Assembly (NCBI GenBank): GCA_009843565.1
Contig: VYDF01000198.1
Location: 1 to 39,757 of the forward strand
Length of the DNA stretch: 39,757 nucleotides
Source of the DNA: Acidimicrobiia bacterium
GTDB lineage: Bacteria > Actinomycetota > Acidimicrobiia > Acidimicrobiales > Bin134
Direction of reading: 5' to 3'
Shown here in pieces: positions 34,014-39,757 of this stretch; within the stretch, counting starts at the first letter, position 1; each line of letters begins with the position of its first letter. Made by a program: the position numbers and the translations under genes. Under the pieces are notes generated by a model. It saw nothing but the letters and a program-made list of their open reading frames with translations. It made no database searches and had not been told where the DNA came from.

Positions 34014-35098
34014 CAGTCGCTCACGTTCTGGGCGTAGCGGAATCGGATGACTCCGGTGACCATCAGCAAGATCACGAAAACGGCAACGATGATGTCACCC
34101 AACGAGGGAGATATATCCGCGGAGGCTTGCAGGCTGTTGCTCCCCACCCGCAGCATTGCGAACAAGAAGGCAGCCGGAATGATCATCGGGGGTTTCAATC
34201 TGGCCAGTAGCGCCACGGCAATGCCAATGAATCCGTAGTTGCTGGAAAAGTTGATGTCGAGATCGTCGAAGATTCCGGCGACGGCAACCCCGCCGGCCAG
34301 TCCGGCAAACCCGCCAGCCACCATGAAGGTAAGCAAGGTCACCTGCTTGGTCCGGACCCCGGCCAGTCGGGCGGTGTTGACGTTGGCCCCGATCGCTCGA
34401 ATGGAAAAGCCAAGCGATGTCTTGGCCATCAAGAGCCAGGCCAGGGCAGCCGCCAACACGGCGATGACCACGCTGATGTCGACGGTAGCGTCCTTCCAGA
34501 TCACCGGGAATTTCGCGTTCTCGGCTATCGAGATGGTCTTCTGGCTAAAGGGGTCGGGCCAGACCTCGGAAATTATGTAGTTGGCGATGAACACGGCGAC
34601 AAAGCTCAACATCAGCGTCGTAACGATCTCGCTCGCGCCGTAGAAGGCTTTGAGGGCGCCGGGGATAAGGCCCCAAATCGCTCCACCGATAAACGAGCCC
34701 AGGATGACGATGACGACGAACAGTGGTCTTGGGGTGCCAGACGGCAATTCGATTCCCAGGAATACCGCAGCGATTGCGCCGGCGAACATCTGGCCTTCGC
34801 CCCCGATGTTCCAGAGTCTCGACGTAAACGGCAAGGCAGCAGCCAGTCCGGTGAGCGCCAGAATGGCGCCGATCATGAGGGTCTGCCCAAGGAAGAACGG
34901 CTCGATAAGCGACCCTTCGATGATTGCCTTGGCCGCCTCCCATGGATTGGCTCCGATGGCCAGGATCAGCACGGCAATGAGGACGAGGGTGAGAATCAGC
35001 GAATAGATGGTGTTGACATAGGCAGGCAGCTCTGAGCCGGTGGACAGCCTCCACCAAGGTCGCGCCGGTTGCCCGATTTCGTCGGCTTGGCTCACCAA
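34013..35098 (-). CDS. ABC transporter permease (BMP/ribose-type)
   Basis: 361 aa multi-TM. TTG 35098 or GTG 35095 start directly after GGGGGGAG. First gene of the minus-strand string. Confidence 0.85.
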   Translation of the reverse strand: MVSQADEIGQPARPWWRLSTGSELPAYVNTIYSLILTLVLIAVLILAIGANPWEAAKAIIEGSLIEPFFLGQTLMIGAILALTGLAAALPFTSRLWNIGGEGQMFAGAIAAVFLGIELPSGTPRPLFVVIVILGSFIGGAIWGLIPGALKAFYGASEIVTTLMLSFVAVFIANYIISEVWPDPFSQKTISIAENAKFPVIWKDATVDISVVIAVLAAALAWLLMAKTSLGFSIRAIGANVNTARLAGVRTKQVTLLTFMVAGGFAGLAGGVAVAGIFDDLDINFSSNYGFIGIAVALLARLKPPMIIPAAFLFAMLRVGSNSLQASADISPSLGDIIVAVFVILLMVTGVIRFRYAQNVSD

Positions 35099-35184
35099 CT
35101 CCCCCCGCTGTCAGTAGGCGGGAGACTAGCCGCGACTCTTGAACTTCGCTCAAAATGGTCGGCCACCGGGGACGGCAATTCCGG

Positions 35185-35197
35185 GGTACGTGGTACC
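35185..35197. promoter_or_regulatory. palindrome GGTAC-N3-GTACC in the divergent control region between the transporter operon and the cupin operon
   Basis: ggtacgtggtacc, read directly. It lies in the ~130-bp region from which both the 13-kb minus-strand string and the plus-strand cupin/nitrilase/Mo-hydroxylase string must be transcribed. Confidence 0.2.
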
Positions 35198-35230
35198 GTT
35201 CGGCTCATAGAGGACATCCGGCGTGAACAG

Positions 35231-35596
35231 GTGCAAGTAGTCCGAGCCTCGGAGCCCGGGCCGGTTTTGCCTGTCGTTGAGACTGGTGGATCGTCACGTG
35301 CCGTGGTGTGGCCTGGATCGGGGGCGCAGCAGCGATCCTTGCACCTCATAAACCTCGATCCCGGTGGGCGCACCGTTGATCTGAGCCATGGCTCGGAATG
35401 CGTGTACCACGTCTCAGCCGGTTCCGGAACCATGGTCGATCTCGATACCGACGAGAACCACGAGGCCATAACCGGATCTATGTTCCTCATCGAGCCGGGA
35501 ACGAACTACCAGTTCACCGCGGGGCAGCAAGGGGCTGTCCTCGTGGGAGGGCCCTGTCCTCCCGATCCTGCGCTCTACAAGCATCTAGGAGATTGA
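35231..35596 (+). CDS. cupin-domain protein, paralogue of the next gene with partly degenerate metal site
   Basis: Aligns by eye along its full length with 35600..35974 (VVWPG...LDPGG...VGGPCPPD). The proposed GTG at 35231 gives the same N-terminal length as the paralogue. The track start at 35069 overlaps the divergent permease. Cupin motif positions read DLSHGSE and EPGTNY, against PHAHSESE and PMGVKH. Confidence 0.55.
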   Translation: MQVVRASEPGPVLPVVETGGSSRAVVWPGSGAQQRSLHLINLDPGGRTVDLSHGSECVYHVSAGSGTMVDLDTDENHEAITGSMFLIEPGTNYQFTAGQQGAVLVGGPCPPDPALYKHLGD

Positions 35597-35599
35597 ACA

Positions 35600-35974
35600 A
35601 TGGCGATCAAGCAATTCCACCGAGACAAGCCCGACCACTACATGCCATTGATCTCCAAAGACGCCCGCCTCGTGGTTTGGCCCGGGGTGGGCTCTGAGAT
35701 GGCGAACATGAACTACGTCGTGCTCGAGCCCGGTGAGGAGAACGTTCCCCATGCTCATTCCGAGTCGGAAGACACAATCTTCATTCTCGAGGGTCGCGGG
35801 TCGGTCGCTGATCTCGACAACGACTGTGTGCTCGAGTTCCAAGCTGGCGACACAGTTCATGTGCCCATGGGGGTCAAGCACGCGGTTCGGGCTGACCGCG
35901 GCAGCCGGATCGTGAGCGTCGGCGGGCCATGCCCCCCTGACAGATACTTGCTCGAACTGTGCGGCGCCCTGTGA
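35600..35974 (+). CDS. cupin_2-type metal-binding protein
   Basis: Canonical cupin motifs G-x5-HAH-x3-E (GEENVPHAHSESE) and G-x5-P-x-G-x2-H (GDTVHVPMGVKH). AGGAG SD 9 nt upstream of ATG 35600. Confidence 0.75.
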   Translation: MAIKQFHRDKPDHYMPLISKDARLVVWPGVGSEMANMNYVVLEPGEENVPHAHSESEDTIFILEGRGSVADLDNDCVLEFQAGDTVHVPMGVKHAVRADRGSRIVSVGGPCPPDRYLLELCGAL

Positions 35975-36825
35975 CGCGGCCTGTCACCATCGGGCTGGCC
36001 CAGATGGGCAGCCCACCCGGAGACGCCGGAGCAAACCGAGCAGCGACAGCCGAAGCGGCAAAGCTGCTGTTCGACCAGGGGGCCCAATTGATCGTACTGC
36101 CCGAGTTGGCTGTGCCCTGGTACACGGTGGACCCAGATGAGGTCGCCCTTACAGCCGAGTCCCTAACCGGGCCAACCGTTGATGCTTGGACTGCGGTCGC
36201 GGCCGATCACTCGGGGATCATCGTTGGGGGTCTCTGCGAACGCGATGGCGAAGCGTTCTACAACACCGCAGTTGTCGTCGACCAAACCGGGGTCATCGGC
36301 CATTATCGCAAGCTGCACCTGTTTGCCGAAGAGAAGTTGTCATTCACGCCGGGTGACCGTGGCCTTCCGGTGGTCGATACCCCAATGGGGCGATTGGGCT
36401 TGTGCATCTGTTACGACCTGCGATTTGTCGAAGTAGTCAGGGTGCTGGCGCTGTCGGGCGCCGAACTCATCTGTGTACCCACTGCTTGGATCACTGGCTT
36501 TGACACGGCGCGTTGGAACGCGGAGGGCCTCTCTACCCAGGCGCAGGGTGCCGTGTTGCAAGCGAAGCTGAGCCAGGTCTTCATCGCCTGTGCGAGCCAG
36601 GTGGGAGTGTTCCCAGGCTTTGACTTTCTGGGATCGTCCGTGGTGGTGGACAGCTTTGGCGAAGTGGTCGCCGGTCCACTTCCCGGAACCGAGGACGAAT
36701 TGCGAATTGTGACCATCGACCTCGCCGACGTGCAGCGGGCAGAGGCCCGAGGAACGCTGATCAGGCCCCGAGCCGACCGTCGCACCGATGTCTACGGTCT
36801 GTCGTACGACGGCACAGTGTTGTGA
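35959..36825 (+). CDS. carbon-nitrogen hydrolase (nitrilase superfamily) protein
   Basis: E-K-C triad context: LIVLPEL, HYRKLHLF, LGLCICYDLRF. Start is GTG 35959 or in-frame GTG 35971; the latter overlaps the cupin stop as GTGA. Its 3' end overlaps the next gene as GTGA. Confidence 0.8.
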   Translation: MRRPVTRPVTIGLAQMGSPPGDAGANRAATAEAAKLLFDQGAQLIVLPELAVPWYTVDPDEVALTAESLTGPTVDAWTAVAADHSGIIVGGLCERDGEAFYNTAVVVDQTGVIGHYRKLHLFAEEKLSFTPGDRGLPVVDTPMGRLGLCICYDLRFVEVVRVLALSGAELICVPTAWITGFDTARWNAEGLSTQAQGAVLQAKLSQVFIACASQVGVFPGFDFLGSSVVVDSFGEVVAGPLPGTEDELRIVTIDLADVQRAEARGTLIRPRADRRTDVYGLSYDGTVL

Positions 36826-37664
36826 AGCCGGCAGCTTTCCACTACGAGCGGCCCCATGATGTAGCCGAAGTCCTGGATCTTCTGGCCGAGCACGGCGATG
36901 AGGCCAAGATCCTGGCTGGCGGGCAGAGCTTGGTCCCGATGATGAATTTCCGCCTGGCCCGGCCTGAAGTCATCATCGACATCGGGGTGGTTCCCGGCCT
37001 CGATCACCTGGTCACCCACGAGGAGTACGTTGCCATTGGAACCCGGGTGCGTCACATCGAACTGGAGCAACCCGCTACCGACGGGCCGCTGGGTTCGATA
37101 TTGGCCGACGCGGCAAGACACGTCGGCCATCTCCCTATCCGCTTGCGGGGCACGTTCGGCGGCTCCATCGCCCATGCTGATCCCGCCGCGGAGTGGTGTC
37201 TTTTGGCCCAAACGCTGAATGCCGATGTTGTTGTCGCATCCACTCGCGGAGAACGGATGATCGCGGCCGCTGACCTATTCCAATCGGCGTTCGTTACTTC
37301 CATTGCCGACGATGAACTGCTTACTCAAGTGCGTTTGCCCTGTTTGGATTCCGACTGGAAGACCGGGTTCTCCGAATTCAGCCGCCGGGCCGGTGACTTT
37401 GCCGTGGTTGCTGTGGCCAGTGCAGTCAGGCTCGTAGATGGCCGGATCGCCGAGGCCCGGATCGGCGCGGCAGGGGTGGGGGCGATACCCGTTCGCTTGT
37501 CCCAAACTGAGATGATGTTGGTCGGTCACCCGCTGGGCCCTGAAACCATCGACGCCGCCTCTGAGGTTGCCGGCGGCGAAGTCGACCCCCGCGGTGACAT
37601 CCACGGATCGGCTGACTATCGCCGCGATCTCGTACGTGCTCTGACTCGTCGAGCGCTTTCGTGA
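36822..37664 (+). CDS. FAD-binding medium subunit of xanthine-dehydrogenase-family molybdoenzyme
   Basis: MKPAAFHYERPHDVAEVLDLL...ILAGGQSLVPMM...SADYRRDL. 280 aa. GTG start. Confidence 0.85.
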   Translation: MKPAAFHYERPHDVAEVLDLLAEHGDEAKILAGGQSLVPMMNFRLARPEVIIDIGVVPGLDHLVTHEEYVAIGTRVRHIELEQPATDGPLGSILADAARHVGHLPIRLRGTFGGSIAHADPAAEWCLLAQTLNADVVVASTRGERMIAAADLFQSAFVTSIADDELLTQVRLPCLDSDWKTGFSEFSRRAGDFAVVAVASAVRLVDGRIAEARIGAAGVGAIPVRLSQTEMMLVGHPLGPETIDAASEVAGGEVDPRGDIHGSADYRRDLVRALTRRALS

Positions 37665-39757
37665 CTCTGACCGATCCCTGGGTTGGGCGTTCAATTCGTC
37701 GTGTCGAGGATCCCGCCCTCGTTCGCGGTGACGGTCGGTATGTCGGCGATGTGGCGATCGGGATGGAGACGGCGCGGTTCATCCGCAGCACTTCAGCCAC
37801 GGGAGTGATCCGATCCATCGACGGGCCCTGTTACACGGCGGCCGATCTCGACGCGGCCGGTGTCGGCGAGATCGAGGCTGTTATTCACCGACCGGACTTT
37901 GTAAATGTTCGACAACCTTTGCTGGCCCGCGACCGAGTGCGTTACGTAGGCGAGCCCATCGCCGTTGTGGTGGGTCGATCGCCGGAAGAGGCCGAAGACC
38001 TAGCTGAGCAGGTCATTGTTGAGTTGGATCTTGACGACGAAGCACTGGTCCACCCTGGCAATGGCGATACCAATGCGGTCATTGAGGCGGAGTTTGCCAC
38101 CGAGGACATCGAAGAAGCCCTCGACCATGCCGATCATCTCGTGGAAGTTGTGCTCACATCTCATCGACAAGCCGCGTTGCCCCTCGAGACGCGGGGAGCC
38201 ACCAGCGAGTTCGACCGGCGAACCGGACGTCTAACAATCCACGCGTCCACGCAGGCTCCCCACATTGTCCGCACCGCCATAGCCGATCTTCTTTGCATCC
38301 CCGAGGCTGACATCCAGGTCGTCGCCCCCGATGTGGGCGGCGGATTCGGCCAGAAGCTGCCGCTGGCCCGTGAAGATGTGGTGGTGGCATGGCTGGCCTT
38401 GCAGCGGCGGGGGAGCGTGGCCTGGATCGAGGATCGTTCGGAGAACCTCACCTCGTCATGGCACAGCCGGGATCAGGTGTATCGGGTAAAGGGTGGCTTC
38501 AGCACCGACGGCGACCTCGTGGCGATCGACGCAGACATCTCCTGCGACGTGGGGGCGTGGTCGTGCTATCCGTTTACCTGGGGGGTGGAACCCCTGATGG
38601 CCATGGGCGAGATGTGCGGGCCCTACAAGGTGGCCCACTACCGGGTTCGAACCCGAGGGGAAAGTAGTTTTACCTGCCCAGTCGCGCCTTACCGTGGAGT
38701 CTCCCGTCCGGCGATCACCGCCTCGCTGGAACGGCTGATGGACACCGCAGCACGTCGCTTGCGGATCGATCCTGGGGAGATCCGCCGCCGAAACTTGGTG
38801 ACCGACTTTCCCCACACCACGGTGACCGGTGCTGTTTTGGATGCGGGCACCTATGTGGAGTCGCTCGACGCGGCGCTCGAGCACTTCGACTTGGATGAGT
38901 TTCGGGATCGCCAGACAGCGGCCCGTGACCGCGGCAGTCCCCTGCTCGGAGTCGGGATTTCCACGTTTGCGGAGCGGACGGGATACGGCACGCCCGTGTT
39001 CGCCACTCGGGCAATGGGGGTGACACCCGGATATGAGATGGTCACCATGAAAATGGATCCATCCGGATATGTCGAAGCGGCCATCGGCGCATCACCGCAC
39101 GGTCAAGGATTAGAGACAACGCTGGCGCAGGTCATTGCTGATCAACTGGCCATCGATGTTTCCCGAATTCGCATTGTCCACGGCGACACCGACCGCGCCC
39201 CCTATGGCTGGGGCACTTTTGCCAGCCGCTCCTTGGTGATAGCCGGTGGCGCCGTCCAAATCGCGGCGGGACATTTGAGAGACCGGTTGGCGGAAGTGGC
39301 GGCGGCGGTGCTCGAAGCCAACGCTGACGACATCGTCTTTGCCTCTGGTCGGGTGACCGTGGCCGGGACGGACGTCGGGGTTCCTATCGCGGAGTTGGCG
39401 CGGATCGCGCACCACCACACCGAGCGCCTCGAACCGGGCACTCCGGCCGGGCTGGCGGTAGAGGCCTCCTACGATCCTGTGGGCACGTTCTCGAACGCGT
39501 GTCACATTGCCGAGGTGGAGATCGACCCCGAAACCGGCGCGACTACCGTGAAGCGGTTCGTCGTCGCCGAGGATGCGGGCCGGTTGATAAATCCGATGAT
39601 CGTCGATGGACAAATCCGCGGCGGTGTGGCGCAGGGAATAGCGAACGCGCTGTTCGAAGAGGTCGTATACGACGACGACGGGAACATATTGACTTCGACG
39701 CTCATGGACTACCTGCCGCCCACCGCGGCCGAGATTCCCGATATCGAGATTCGGCAC
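37661..39757 (+). CDS. molybdopterin-binding large subunit, xanthine dehydrogenase family, 3'-truncated by window end (missing from supplied ORF track)
   Basis: I translated it by hand. GTG at 37661 overlaps the M-subunit stop as GTGA, followed by 699 stop-free codons to the window end. Sequence: VTLTDPWVGRSIRRVEDPALVRGDGRYVGD..., YVGEPIA, VGGGFGQK, APYRGVSRP, SPHGQGLETT, AEDAGRLINP. Confidence 0.85.
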   Translation, partial: MTLTDPWVGRSIRRVEDPALVRGDGRYVGDVAIGMETARFIRSTSATGVIRSIDGPCYTAADLDAAGVGEIEAVIHRPDFVNVRQPLLARDRVRYVGEPIAVVVGRSPEEAEDLAEQVIVELDLDDEALVHPGNGDTNAVIEAEFATEDIEEALDHADHLVEVVLTSHRQAALPLETRGATSEFDRRTGRLTIHASTQAPHIVRTAIADLLCIPEADIQVVAPDVGGGFGQKLPLAREDVVVAWLALQRRGSVAWIEDRSENLTSSWHSRDQVYRVKGGFSTDGDLVAIDADISCDVGAWSCYPFTWGVEPLMAMGEMCGPYKVAHYRVRTRGESSFTCPVAPYRGVSRPAITASLERLMDTAARRLRIDPGEIRRRNLVTDFPHTTVTGAVLDAGTYVESLDAALEHFDLDEFRDRQTAARDRGSPLLGVGISTFAERTGYGTPVFATRAMGVTPGYEMVTMKMDPSGYVEAAIGASPHGQGLETTLAQVIADQLAIDVSRIRIVHGDTDRAPYGWGTFASRSLVIAGGAVQIAAGHLRDRLAEVAAAVLEANADDIVFASGRVTVAGTDVGVPIAELARIAHHHTERLEPGTPAGLAVEASYDPVGTFSNACHIAEVEIDPETGATTVKRFVVAEDAGRLINPMIVDGQIRGGVAQGIANALFEEVVYDDDGNILTSTLMDYLPPTAAEIPDIEIRH

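Noticed and set aside
39110-39757. 215-aa minus-strand ORF at the window end
   Set aside because: It is antisense to the hand-translated, motif-rich Mo-hydroxylase L subunit (37661..>39757). It is a shadow ORF.
1-39757. Mobile genetic element, prophage, toxin-antitoxin or anti-phage defence system
   Set aside because: I could recognise no integrase, transposase, recombinase, tRNA/att-like boundary, nuclease/helicase/ATPase defence signature or phage structural gene on either strand. The small RHH-like ORF is coupled to a DUF1989 enzyme, not to a toxin-like partner.

Overview
High-GC bacterial window, GC judged by eye. It looks actinobacterial or Acidimicrobiia-like, but taxonomy is not determinable here. 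It is almost entirely coding: I call 36 protein-coding features, two of them cut by the window edges. I see no rRNA, tRNA, CRISPR, transposase, integrase or recognisable defence genes. The content is a dense N-heterocycle / C-N bond catabolic supercluster. (1) There are four xanthine-dehydrogenase-family molybdopterin catalytic (L) subunits but only two FAD (M) and two 2Fe-2S (S) subunits. One L, at 37661..>39757, is absent from the supplied ORF track because it runs off the window. (2) There is a cyanuric-acid-hydrolase/barbiturase-family ('Toblerone fold') ring-opening amidohydrolase. A CMD-family protein is tightly coupled to it, and an amidase-signature enzyme plus a RidA-like protein are transcribed divergently. 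(3) A ~13 kb minus-strand gene string (35098->22201) has a BMP-family (nucleoside/nucleobase-type) ABC importer interleaved with two orphan Mo-hydroxylase L subunits, a metal-ligand-less M24-fold protein, a cysteine hydrolase and a 455-aa protein made of three tandem RidA/YjgF domains. (4) Other enzymes present:
- two paralogous OYE-type FMN + [4Fe-4S] reductases
- a 2,6-dihydroxypyridine-hydroxylase-like FAD monooxygenase
- a DHPON-hydrolase-like alpha/beta hydrolase
- a DUF1989 protein preceded by an untracked 52-codon RHH-like ORF
- a tandem cupin pair
- a nitrilase-superfamily hydrolase
- a CocE/NonD hydrolase
- a cyclase-family hydrolase
- an ACMSD-type amidohydrolase
- an SDR
- an EamA exporter
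- a cyclic amidohydrolase interrupted by an in-frame TGA
The best candidates for something undescribed are the fused triple-RidA protein and the enzyme-interleaved transporter operon. Together with the barbiturase-family module they could form an oxidative pyrimidine/pyridine-type ring-degradation system. All family calls rest on motif recognition by eye, with no searches run. The substrate of the island is inference.
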